26,894 nucleotides of DNA from a bacterium (GCA_036398295.1 DASWHH010000271.1:1-26894), one strand, 5' to 3'; counted from the first letter of the stretch, positions 1-8,905 are shown. Made by a program: numbers and translations. Notes: generated by a model not told the origin, from the letters alone.

Positions 1-45
1 AAATTCAAGGTTGAAAGCATTAAAATAGACGTAACCGGCGAATAA
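1..45 (+). CDS. Possible 3' end of an upstream CDS (KFKVESIKIDVTGE*), truncated by the window edge
   Basis: Frame 1 is open from base 1 to TAA at 43-45 and is followed by a hairpin. Too short to identify. Confidence 0.3.
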   Translation, partial: KFKVESIKIDVTGE

Positions 46-56
46 CTTAATCCTTC

Positions 57-85
57 ATCGTTCAAAACGGACAGTGAACGATTTT
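57..85 (+). terminator. Possible weak intrinsic terminator hairpin
   Basis: ATCGTTCA (57-64) and TGAACGAT (75-82) form a perfect 8-bp inverted repeat with a 10-nt loop, followed by TTT, just after the putative upstream stop. Confidence 0.3.
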
Positions 86-164
86 CATCCTGCTCGTACC
101 AGGGATGATGAGTTGGGACACAACCAGATAATCACATACGGCAACCTGGAAGTTCATTACTACA

Positions 165-1688
165 GTGCCTCAGACGATTCGACCCAATAACAAATCGGTT
201 TCTGCGAAGGCAACTCCTAGAGTTATCAGCAGCCCCACGGCTTCCATTTCGAAGAAAGCTATTAATAAACTACGATTTTGGACAGCATCGCTCTGGCGCA
301 AGAGCCTGGATCTGTTTAGCTGCTTTCCAATCCGCTACAAATTGAGTTTGATTATTGGCGCCATTGTGATACTGGTGATGACCGCTTTCAGTCTCATCGT
401 CTTGCAGAGCCAAAAGATTGCATTGCAAAACCGCACCACGCAGATGTGCTATGTCCTGGTGCAAAATTTGGCCGAGTCGGTGAAAGGCGATTTGCTGTTA
501 GGAAAAACCGAGAAGGTACGTGAGGCCGTGTATCGCTTACAGAAAAATACTATTGATGGCTTACAGCAGGTTGCCATTTTTAATCACAAAGTCGATGTTG
601 TTGCCGAGTTCATTCAGGGAAGCGATTCCCTGGTCATCGATAATCGTGCAGAGATTTCTCAGTTCACAAAATTTACATCCCGTGAGCGAGAAGACCAGTT
701 TGATTTCTACCATCCGATTGTAACCGAATTGCAGGAAAACAATCAGGTGAAGAGGATCAAACTTGGTACGGCATATATTCGCTTTTCAAAAGAGTCAATT
801 GTCACCCCAATCAACCACGCTCGTAACATCGCTATTGGCACCGCCATGTTCATCATTCTTTTTTCGAGCATCGGCATTCATCTCATCTCAAGGAAAATGG
901 CGAGACAAATTCAAATGTTGTCCAATGGCGCGCGCGCCGTTGGCAGCGGCAATCTCAACGTGCAAATTTCAGTCAGCAGCAAGGATGAACTGGGCTTGCT
1001 GGCGGCGGAGTTCAACAGCATGATTCAGCAGCTCAGGGAGAAAGGGCATATGCAAAAGTTTATGTCCAAGCTCACGGTGGATATGATCAAAGATACCGTG
1101 CGCACCCGTGGCAAGGATCTGAAAGCCACGAAACGTAATGTGGCGGTGTTGTTTTCCGATGTGCGTAACTTCTCTTCTATCTCTGAATTGCTTGCCCCTG
1201 AGGAAATTGTTAAGTTGGTCAATGTCTACTTTGATTTGCAAACGCGCATCATCGAGCAGTATCACGGCATTGTGGACAAATTCATGGGCGATCAGATAAT
1301 GGCGATTTTTCAAGGACGCAACATGGCCGACGGCGTTCTGCGGGCAGCCGTTGAAATTCAGCGCCAGGTTCGTACGCTCAACCAGGAGCGCAGCGGCAAG
1401 GGCAAGGTCACAATGGACATCGGAATTGGCATCAACAACGGGGCCGCCGTGATGGGACACATGGGGTCGGCGAGCAGAATGGACTACACGGTTATCGGCG
1501 ATGTTGTTAACGTGGCCGCCCGCCTTTGTTCCTCTGCCAAAGCCGGACAAATCATCACCTCGCTGGAGTTGGCACACAAAGTGAATGGCTCATACCCTAC
1601 TTCGCGCTTGAAATCGATTGCCGTGAAAGGCCGTTCGCAGGTCATCGAGGTTTGTGAAGTTGATTACGACCGGGATATCCTGCTGTGA
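165..1688 (+). CDS. Membrane-bound class III adenylate cyclase (2 TM, extracytoplasmic domain, HAMP, catalytic domain)
   Basis: Two hydrophobic segments (LSLIIGAIVILVMTAFSLIVL and IAIGTAMFIILFSSIGIHLI), a HAMP-like stretch (GNLNVQISVSSKDELGLLAAEFNSM) and the cyclase motifs FSDVRNFS, VDKFMGDQIMA and DYTVIGDVVNVAARL, plus a C-terminal VKGR. Lys in DKF and Thr in YTVIG indicate ATP specificity (class IIIb). The GTG start has no clear SD, so the start is uncertain. Confidence 0.93.
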   Translation: MPQTIRPNNKSVSAKATPRVISSPTASISKKAINKLRFWTASLWRKSLDLFSCFPIRYKLSLIIGAIVILVMTAFSLIVLQSQKIALQNRTTQMCYVLVQNLAESVKGDLLLGKTEKVREAVYRLQKNTIDGLQQVAIFNHKVDVVAEFIQGSDSLVIDNRAEISQFTKFTSREREDQFDFYHPIVTELQENNQVKRIKLGTAYIRFSKESIVTPINHARNIAIGTAMFIILFSSIGIHLISRKMARQIQMLSNGARAVGSGNLNVQISVSSKDELGLLAAEFNSMIQQLREKGHMQKFMSKLTVDMIKDTVRTRGKDLKATKRNVAVLFSDVRNFSSISELLAPEEIVKLVNVYFDLQTRIIEQYHGIVDKFMGDQIMAIFQGRNMADGVLRAAVEIQRQVRTLNQERSGKGKVTMDIGIGINNGAAVMGHMGSASRMDYTVIGDVVNVAARLCSSAKAGQIITSLELAHKVNGSYPTSRLKSIAVKGRSQVIEVCEVDYDRDILL

Positions 1689-3970
1689 GTGTGCGCCATT
1701 GGAAAAATTGCGTCCGGTCGCTTGCGTGTGTTGTTCCTCTCTTTTTGATTCCCACGTCTGCATCCAGTCAACCTAAGTTTGAGAGCTTCCGACCCGGCGC
1801 CCGGGCCTTGGGATTGGGAGGATCGCTGGTGGTGCAGGCACGCGACGCCTCGGCGATCTTCTGGAATCCGGCCATTCTCTCCGGATTTCGCGATCGCGAG
1901 CTGCTCATCAGCATCAATGATCCCTTTGAGTTCAATTTTGTCGGGATGACGCAATTCGTGCCGCTCTACGGAACCTTGGGCGTTGCCCTGTCTCGTATTC
2001 CGGGGGATGACGACGACGTCGATCGCGGGACTTTTGCCTGGGGGTTCAAAATGTTGGAACGCTTTTCCCTGGGAGCAAACCTCAGCATCGCCAGGCAGGA
2101 AAAGGACTGGTTCGCTCAGGGTAGCGCTGGGATTTTTTTGGGAAATCCGGGAATTGGCGCTTTGGGACGCCGCTGGCGCCAGATTCCGACGTCGCAAGTT
2201 CTCGACCGTTTGAATCTCGGGCTAACCGTTCACAACATTCCTATCGGCAGCAGTCTTTTTGATCCCTCCGCAAATCTCGGGATGAGTTACCTCTTTCCAG
2301 GCCCCGGGCTGTTAATCAACACCGGACATCACATTCGCAATGGAGAAGACACCAGCCACCTTGGCCTCGGATTGGAGCTGTTTCAATCTGTGACCGTTTT
2401 TGGCGGTATCGAGGAGCTGGATTTTGACAAGGCGGCCATCGGCTTGAGCTATACCCACGATAACTTTCTTTTTAATCTCGCCTACTCAGCGGATTCGGAG
2501 CGATTAATCCTTACGTTTGCGGCGCGCATCAGCCCGTCACCGAGCGCACTCGCTAAGCCATATTATGATCGCGGCTATCGTTATCTTAGACGGGGGGACT
2601 TTCGCTCGGCGATACGTGAAATGCGCAAATATCTTTCCTTCGAGCTGGCTGGAACTGAATCCGACACCACCACAAAAGAGTTGCTAAACCGGCTGCAAAC
2701 AAAGGTGGCTCGGGACCAAATTGTGATCGATTCTCTTTATGTTTATGCCAATCGCATGATTGCAAATGGCGAACCCATGCGCGCCACCTTATCGTTGATG
2801 AGGATTCTCGAATTGGACTCCACCAATGTCAAGGCCAGGGAGAAATTGGGCCATCTGAAACCTGCAATCGATAGTTATATAAGTAAATATCTTGCCGACG
2901 GCACGTCGCAGTTTGAAGCGAAGCAATATGCAGAGGCCCGATCTTCCTTTTCTCGGGTGCTGATTCTCGAAAAGAAAAACCAAACGGCGTTGAATTACCT
3001 GAACCTCATCGAACAGCTTTCAGCCGAACTGGGTGACGAACATTTTTATCGGGGCCTGGGTTTTTTCCGGCAAAAGGACTATCTCCGCGCCATGGATGAA
3101 TTCGAGCAGGCGTTGCAATTTAAGCCGGATTTAGCCGAAGCGGAATCCTATCGAAAGCGGGCCCGGGAGAAGTTGATAGAAACCAGAAATCAAATTCAAC
3201 GGCTGCTCACCGCCGGCAGCGACTTAGAGCGAAAAGGACGACACCTTGACGCCACCAACCAGTATGTGGAGGTGTTGCAGCTGGATCCGGACAATGAGAC
3301 CGCGCGCCTGCGGATTGACAACCTGCGGCCCAGGGTAGAATTGTTTATTCAAGGCAAACTTGATGAGGGTGCCACTTTTCTTAAGAACGAAAACTTTGTC
3401 AAAGCGCGGCAGTCATTTTCAACCGTGCTTTCCATCGACCCCAATCACAAAGACGCTAAAAGTTACATGGTGCGCTTGCGGAACGCCATTGGCGATAGAA
3501 TCTCGCAGTACCTGGCTCAAGCCGATGACTACATGCTGCGTGGAGATTGGGCTAATGCCTCCGAATCCTACGCACGGGTTTTAAGCCTGGATCCCCAAAA
3601 CAATCGTGCCAACCAGGGCAAGCTTGAAGCACAAACGCAATCAGAGATCGCTTCCCTGATGACAAGGGGGCAGCAGGAAATTGAGGCGAACAACATTTTG
3701 GAGGGAATCGCCATGTTTGAAAGAGCTCTCAAGAACGATCCGAGTAACGAAAAAACCCGGGCCGCCCTCAAAGCCGCCCGCGATAAGTTGAAAGAAAAAG
3801 TCGAGGCGCTTTTCCTTGAAGGGATCAGCCTTTATACCAATGACCGCTACCAGGACGCTATCAAAAAATGGGAGGAGGTGCTGAGGCTCGACGCCAATCA
3901 CAAAGGCGCGCTCGAATATAAACAGCAGGCGGACGAACGCATCCGGGCTTTGCAGAAATTCAAACGATGA
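1685..3970 (+). CDS. Secreted protein with an N-terminal PorV/UPF0164-like beta-barrel and a long C-terminal TPR array
   Basis: Signal-peptide-like N-terminus (ending ASS|Q) and GARALGLGG...DASAIFWNPA, a motif typical of PorV/FadL-like barrels. Alternating beta-strand pattern to about residue 280, then many TPR-like units (e.g. AMDEFEQALQFKPDLAEA, YARVLSLDPQNNRA, WEEVLRLDANHKGA). The start overlaps the cyclase stop (GTGA). Confidence 0.8.
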   Translation: MSVRHWKNCVRSLACVVPLFLIPTSASSQPKFESFRPGARALGLGGSLVVQARDASAIFWNPAILSGFRDRELLISINDPFEFNFVGMTQFVPLYGTLGVALSRIPGDDDDVDRGTFAWGFKMLERFSLGANLSIARQEKDWFAQGSAGIFLGNPGIGALGRRWRQIPTSQVLDRLNLGLTVHNIPIGSSLFDPSANLGMSYLFPGPGLLINTGHHIRNGEDTSHLGLGLELFQSVTVFGGIEELDFDKAAIGLSYTHDNFLFNLAYSADSERLILTFAARISPSPSALAKPYYDRGYRYLRRGDFRSAIREMRKYLSFELAGTESDTTTKELLNRLQTKVARDQIVIDSLYVYANRMIANGEPMRATLSLMRILELDSTNVKAREKLGHLKPAIDSYISKYLADGTSQFEAKQYAEARSSFSRVLILEKKNQTALNYLNLIEQLSAELGDEHFYRGLGFFRQKDYLRAMDEFEQALQFKPDLAEAESYRKRAREKLIETRNQIQRLLTAGSDLERKGRHLDATNQYVEVLQLDPDNETARLRIDNLRPRVELFIQGKLDEGATFLKNENFVKARQSFSTVLSIDPNHKDAKSYMVRLRNAIGDRISQYLAQADDYMLRGDWANASESYARVLSLDPQNNRANQGKLEAQTQSEIASLMTRGQQEIEANNILEGIAMFERALKNDPSNEKTRAALKAARDKLKEKVEALFLEGISLYTNDRYQDAIKKWEEVLRLDANHKGALEYKQQADERIRALQKFKR

Positions 3971-4359
3971 CTCGACTCAAAGAAATTTATCGCATCCTCA
4001 CCCTTGCTGATAAAATCGCGGTGCTTGTCCTTATCAGTATGAGTGTGGTCAGCGTCACCGTCGCCGGACTCACCCATCAACCCGGGGCGCACGCCCTCAT
4101 GTCGGTTAACGGCAACGCTCCGCTTCGCAAGCCGTTGTACCACGAAGATATCTTCATTTTGAAAGGAGGGGCCGGAACAGCTGTAATAGAAATCAGCGAT
4201 AATTCAATTCATGTTCGTGACTCCACCTGCCCTCAAAAACTGTGTGTCCGCCAGGGACGAATTCGACATGTCGGTGAAATCATCGTCTGCGTTCCCAACA
4301 AAATAACCATCTGGATTGAAGGCCGACGCCCGAACCCCTTCGATGCCATCACCGGCTAA
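3967..4359 (+). CDS. NusG domain II-containing (DUF1312/Lin0431-like, EetA-like) membrane-anchored protein
   Basis: N-terminal TM anchor and the hallmark CPQKLCVRQGRI...GEIIVCVPNKITIWI, ending DAITG. ATGA overlap with the previous stop. Confidence 0.85.
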   Translation: MTRLKEIYRILTLADKIAVLVLISMSVVSVTVAGLTHQPGAHALMSVNGNAPLRKPLYHEDIFILKGGAGTAVIEISDNSIHVRDSTCPQKLCVRQGRIRHVGEIIVCVPNKITIWIEGRRPNPFDAITG

Positions 4360-4888
4360 GCCCAGCCCGGGAGCGCTGCGCGTCGGCTTGTCCCGTTTGG
4401 CGCGTATGGCCGTATTGGTTGCGGCTGGTTCTGTCCTCTTCCTGTTCGAATCCGCTATCCCAAGGCCGCTGCCTTGGCTAAAACCCGGGCTCTCCAACCT
4501 GGTTTCGTTAGTGGCCCTTTATCTTTACGGTTTTCGAGCGGCTTTTTTGATCATGCTCCTGCGCGTCTTGATCGGCGCGTTTGTCCTCGGAACCCTCTTT
4601 AACCCGGCATTCGTTTTTGCCCTGGGCGGCGGAGTAGTATCTGTAGCGGTGATGGCATCTCTTCATGCCTGCGCCCGCAACAAATTCAGCGTTATCGGCA
4701 TCAGCTTGATCGGCGCTTTCTCTCACAATTTGACCCAACTTGTGCTTGCGGCGGTGCTGGTTATCAACAGCACACAGGTGTTTTACCTCGCACCCTTGAT
4801 GCTACTATCCTCACTTTTTTCTGGATTTTTAGTTGGGATTTTTGCACATTACACTATTCAGAAAGCAGTTAGCTGGCATTTGACCTGA
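4343..4888 (+). CDS. Gx transporter family protein (so-called heptaprenyl diphosphate synthase component I; ECF S-component-like, EetB-like)
   Basis: LFLFESAIPRPLPWLKPGLSNLVSL, FVFALGGG and SVIGISLIGAFSHNLTQL match the family pattern, and the protein is highly hydrophobic. It follows the NusG-II gene as is usual for this pair. I chose ATG 4343 over TTG 4316, but the start is uncertain. Confidence 0.85.
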   Translation: MPSPAKPSPGALRVGLSRLARMAVLVAAGSVLFLFESAIPRPLPWLKPGLSNLVSLVALYLYGFRAAFLIMLLRVLIGAFVLGTLFNPAFVFALGGGVVSVAVMASLHACARNKFSVIGISLIGAFSHNLTQLVLAAVLVINSTQVFYLAPLMLLSSLFSGFLVGIFAHYTIQKAVSWHLT

Positions 4889-5038
4889 GAGATTTGTGGA
4901 CCTACCCGCCAAACTGAACCAATTTGATGCGGAATTTCTACCCGCCCAGGATAGTATTTCAAGTTAACAAATGGAACTGCTTACTGTTTGCGACGTTTAG
5001 ATTTAGAGCTGTTTTCAAAAACAATTTCTCCTCATCGT

Positions 5039-7171
5039 ATGAAATATAGATTTATCGTAGGCCTCCTTTCAGTGTTGCTATTCACTTCGTGCGGCGCCTA
5101 CTTCAACACCTTCCACAATACCAAGAAATACTTCAACGAGGCCAGGAAAGAGCGTGAGAAGCGCCAGGGCGACACACCCTCTGCCAATGAGCAGGCCAAG
5201 TATAACCAAACCATCGAAAAAGCTTCTAAGATTCTGGAGCTGTACTCCGAAAGCAAGTACGTTGACGATGCCGTGATGATTTTAGGCGAGTGTTTTTACT
5301 ACAAAGGCGAGTATGTCAAAGCCGAACGGAAATTTGAAGAGTTGATCACGTATTTTCCTACTAGCGAATATTTCAACCGAGCGCAGCTGTGGCTGGCGCG
5401 CACCAAAATTAAGATGCAGGATTACCTGGGCGCGCGTTTCCTTCTGCAGGAATTTGTCAGCAATGCGAGTGTCAAAAAGGAATTACGAGATGAAGGACAA
5501 TTCTATCTGGGTGAAATTCAATTCGAGCAGGAGTACTTTTTGGAAGCGGAACAGGAGTACCGAAAGGCCGCTGAAGGCGCAAACGACAAAATTTTGAAAG
5601 CGCGCATCTATTTCCAGATGGGAGCGAGCCAGATAAAAATCGGTGATTTTCCGCAAGCAGTGCAGAGCTTGCGCAAGGCGATCGCGCATAGCTCCGACAA
5701 ACGATTCACATTTGACGCTGAATTGAGATTGGCTACGGCCATGAAGTTGGCAGGTGACTATCAGGGCGCAAAGCAGTTACTAGCGGAACTGCTCGAAGAC
5801 CTCACCTTTAAAGATCAACACGGTCTTGTCAAATTGGAGGTTGCCGATTGCCTTTACCTTGAGGGGAGATCTCTCTACGAAAAATTAAGCGTTGCCAACG
5901 TTGAGCATCTCGGCAAAATCGAACAGGCCCTGGATGAGTATAAGAAAATCGCGCTCGAATACAAAAAGACGGAGGTGGCCGCCGAAGCCTACTTTGAAGT
6001 TGCCAAAATTTATGAGGAAGATTACGGGGACTTTGCCAGCGCCAAGGACTACTACGAAAAGGTGAAGCTCGAATCGACCAAGTCGGAGTGTGTGCCGCTA
6101 TCCATTCAAAAGGCCAAAGACCTCGCTGACTTGCTTCGTCTCAAGTCGCTGGTTAAAAAATCGCAGGGCACTCAGCTTGACAAGAAGAAGAGCGGTCAGA
6201 GCCAGTTGTCGGACCTCGAGTTGCTGTTGATGGAACACGGCGTTCATCCCGAGCTGCGATTTATACAGAAAAAGAAGAAACTCGACCAGCAGCTGCAGGC
6301 CAATCTGCCGCAGCCGCAGAGTAACCACTCTGATGCCAAAAGCGCCAACGGCTCACAGAATCAGGATCTCGATGCCTTGGTAACCAACAAGCTGCAATTG
6401 GCAGAGGTTTACTTGTTTCAATTTGCCAAAATCGACTCGGCGATGTTGGAGTACAATGAAGTCATCGAACTTTTTCCCAACCATGCCGGCTGTGCCAAGG
6501 CTCTGTTTTCAAACGCACTGATTTACGAGAATGAATATGGCAACAAATTTAAGACCGATTCTTTGTTGTATGTATTGATCGAGCGTTTTCCCGATTCGTA
6601 CCAGGCGCAGGAAGCGCGAAAAATCCTGGGGCTGCCCATGGCGGTGAATCGCAACGAGCTGGCTGTCGATATGTACAAAAACGCCGAGAAGATGCTGTTC
6701 ACCTCAAGCAGTGTTGCTCGTGCGGTTGAAGAGTTTAGCAAGCTGAAGGAGACATTTCCGGGTTCGGAATATGCCCCCAAAGCATTGTTTGCCCTGGGGT
6801 GGGTTTATGAAAGGATGACTCATGAAAATGATAAAGCCCTTGCGGCCTATCGTGAAATCATCGAGAAGTATCCGAACTCCGATTACTCGAGGACGGTCAA
6901 GATAAAATTGGATGCGGTTGAAAAAGCCGCCAAGCAAGCCGAACAGGAGAAGCAGCCGGCCGCACCCCAGCAGGTAGCAACCGAGAACGGGGAGCAAGTA
7001 TCTCCAGAATTGGTCTCGGACAAAACGGATACAACGGCTGCAGCACCAATGAAGCTTTCCAGTACCGAAGCCGCCGAGGATTCGCTACGCGCACAGCTGG
7101 AAAAAATCAACAAGGAGAGAATCGAAGCGGTCGATGAAAAAGTCAGTAAAGAGAAGAAACCGACGCCATAA
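5039..7171 (+). CDS. Large TPR lipoprotein (BamD/YfiO-like repeats; SprE/PorW-like architecture)
   Basis: ATG at 5039 gives a signal peptide II (MKYRFIVGLLSVLLFTS-C) followed by CGAYFNTFHNTKKYF. Repeated TPR units ending F/Y-P-x-S (FPTSEY, FPDSYQ, FPGSEY, YPNSDY) and a low-complexity charged tail. Confidence 0.8.
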   Translation: MKYRFIVGLLSVLLFTSCGAYFNTFHNTKKYFNEARKEREKRQGDTPSANEQAKYNQTIEKASKILELYSESKYVDDAVMILGECFYYKGEYVKAERKFEELITYFPTSEYFNRAQLWLARTKIKMQDYLGARFLLQEFVSNASVKKELRDEGQFYLGEIQFEQEYFLEAEQEYRKAAEGANDKILKARIYFQMGASQIKIGDFPQAVQSLRKAIAHSSDKRFTFDAELRLATAMKLAGDYQGAKQLLAELLEDLTFKDQHGLVKLEVADCLYLEGRSLYEKLSVANVEHLGKIEQALDEYKKIALEYKKTEVAAEAYFEVAKIYEEDYGDFASAKDYYEKVKLESTKSECVPLSIQKAKDLADLLRLKSLVKKSQGTQLDKKKSGQSQLSDLELLLMEHGVHPELRFIQKKKKLDQQLQANLPQPQSNHSDAKSANGSQNQDLDALVTNKLQLAEVYLFQFAKIDSAMLEYNEVIELFPNHAGCAKALFSNALIYENEYGNKFKTDSLLYVLIERFPDSYQAQEARKILGLPMAVNRNELAVDMYKNAEKMLFTSSSVARAVEEFSKLKETFPGSEYAPKALFALGWVYERMTHENDKALAAYREIIEKYPNSDYSRTVKIKLDAVEKAAKQAEQEKQPAAPQQVATENGEQVSPELVSDKTDTTAAAPMKLSSTEAAEDSLRAQLEKINKERIEAVDEKVSKEKKPTP

Positions 7172-7998
7172 TGGTTGAGTCCCCCCCTGGTAGCCGCAAA
7201 GGCTTTTACGATTGCCCTGTCGTTTCAGTCAAAAATCTGTCCGGCGCAATTTACTTGATGCGACTTCATTGCCCTGCGCTTGCCGAGGACGCCCACCCCG
7301 GGCAGTTTGTTAATGTCAAAGTAAATAACGATTACATCCCGTTGCTGCGCAAGCCCTTCAGCATTTGCCGCAGACATGAAGAGGAGGGTTGGATCGAAAT
7401 CCTGTGGAAAATTGTCGGCAAGGGTACGGAGGCTCTTTCTGGCTACCGGCCGGGACAACAAATCAATGTGCTGGGTCCCCTCGGCCGAGGGTATAGTATT
7501 CGACCGGATCTGGAATTGGCCATCCTCGTCGGCGGTGGACTGGGTGTGGCGCCGCTGCCCTTCCTGTGTCAAGAGCTTTTGCAAGTGGGCAAAAAAGTTG
7601 AGGTGTTCTTGGGAGCGAAGTCGGAGAAGGAGCTGGCGTTCGTTCGGCAATTTTTGGAATTGGGAGTCGAGGTCTTTGTCACGACTGAAGACGGCAGCGT
7701 TGGCGAGAAAGGTCTGATCACTGAGCTTTTGATTGAACGGCTGAAGAAAAGCTTCCCAAAGCCGGCAATTTTTTTCTGTTGCGGCCCCACCGGTTTTTTG
7801 AATAGCATGATCCGAATTAGTGAAAGTTTTGATATTGACGGGCAGATGGCCATAGAAACTATGATGGGCTGCGGATTTGGCATCTGCGTGGGGTGCCCGG
7901 TACGAATACGAGATTCCAAGCCTGGCGAGCGATGGTACAAGCTAACCTGTCTCGACGGTCCCGTCTTCGGGGCGCGCGAAGTGGTGTTGGATGATTGA
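7171..7998 (+). CDS. pyrK: Dihydroorotate dehydrogenase electron transfer subunit
   Basis: PGQFV, RKPFSI, GPLGRG, GGGLGVAPL, CGP and the 2Fe-2S motif MGCGFGICVGC...CLDGPVF. Directly upstream of pyrD, with a TAATG overlap with the previous gene. Confidence 0.95.
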   Translation: MVESPPGSRKGFYDCPVVSVKNLSGAIYLMRLHCPALAEDAHPGQFVNVKVNNDYIPLLRKPFSICRRHEEEGWIEILWKIVGKGTEALSGYRPGQQINVLGPLGRGYSIRPDLELAILVGGGLGVAPLPFLCQELLQVGKKVEVFLGAKSEKELAFVRQFLELGVEVFVTTEDGSVGEKGLITELLIERLKKSFPKPAIFFCCGPTGFLNSMIRISESFDIDGQMAIETMMGCGFGICVGCPVRIRDSKPGERWYKLTCLDGPVFGAREVVLDD

Positions 7999-8905
7999 TC
8001 TTTCCGTGCAGATTGGCGAGTTGCGCCTGAAAAACCCGGTGCTGGTTGCGTCGGGCACGTTTGGCTACGGTAAAGAAAGCGCCGAGCTGGTGGACCTCAA
8101 CGCGCTCGGCGGCCTCATCACCAAATCAGTCACGCTCAAACCGCGCGCTGGCAATCCCCCGCAGCGCATCGTGGAATTGCCAGCCGGGATGCTCAATTCC
8201 ATTGGCCTGGCAAATGTGGGCGTCGAGGCGTTTGTCAAAGAAAAGCTGCCCTTTCTCAATACAATCGATACCGCGGTGATCGTGAATGTGGCCGGAAGCA
8301 CCGCGGAAGAATTCCTGGCGGTGGTTCAACAATTGGAGAATGAAGAAGGAATCGATGCTTATGAGTTGAATTTTTCCTGTCCCAATGTGAAGGAGGGTGG
8401 ATTGGAATTCAGCCAGGACCCGCGCGTCACCGCCCAGGTGACGACGCTGATTAGGCGAGCCACTCGCCGGCCCTTGATCATCAAACTGACTCCCAACGTT
8501 ACCAGAATTAGCGACATTGCCCGCGCCGCTAAAGGTAGTGGCGCCAACGCGGTTTCGCTGATCAACACGCTCGTGGGCATGGCTGTCGACGTCAACACCC
8601 GCCGGGCGAAAATCAACACTGTGACTGGCGGCTATTCCGGTCCAGCGGTAAAGCCGGTAGCCTTAGCGAAAGTGTATGAAGTGGCGCAGCAGGTGGATAT
8701 ACCCATTGTCGGAATTGGCGGGATCATGAATGGTCGGGATGCCCTGGAGTTTTTGATCACGGGCGCGACCGCCATTCAGGTGGGAACGGCAAATTTCATT
8801 GATCCGCGCACCAGTGAAAAAATTATCTCAGAACTGAAGGAATATTGCCAGCGCGAGGGAGTCCACGCCATCGGGGAGGTTATTGGCACCCTGCGGACAA
8901 CGTGA
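7991..8905 (+). CDS. pyrD: Dihydroorotate dehydrogenase family 1B, catalytic subunit
   Basis: LKNPVLVASGTFGYG, GMLNSIGLAN, ELNFSCPNVKEGG (catalytic Cys), KLTPNVT, LINTL, GGYSGPAVKP and IQVGTANF. Confidence 0.97.
   Translation: MIDLSVQIGELRLKNPVLVASGTFGYGKESAELVDLNALGGLITKSVTLKPRAGNPPQRIVELPAGMLNSIGLANVGVEAFVKEKLPFLNTIDTAVIVNVAGSTAEEFLAVVQQLENEEGIDAYELNFSCPNVKEGGLEFSQDPRVTAQVTTLIRRATRRPLIIKLTPNVTRISDIARAAKGSGANAVSLINTLVGMAVDVNTRRAKINTVTGGYSGPAVKPVALAKVYEVAQQVDIPIVGIGGIMNGRDALEFLITGATAIQVGTANFIDPRTSEKIISELKEYCQREGVHAIGEVIGTLRTT

Noticed and set aside
969-2197. - strand ORFs 969-1577 and 1664-2197, and similar short overlapping ORFs throughout the track
   Set aside because: They are antisense or out-of-frame shadows of strongly supported genes, with no family motifs or RBS support.
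3967-4888. Literal reading of the family names as a NusG transcription factor and a prenyl diphosphate synthase
   Set aside because: The first protein is membrane-anchored and has no NGN or KOW domain. The second is entirely hydrophobic and has no DDxxD motif.
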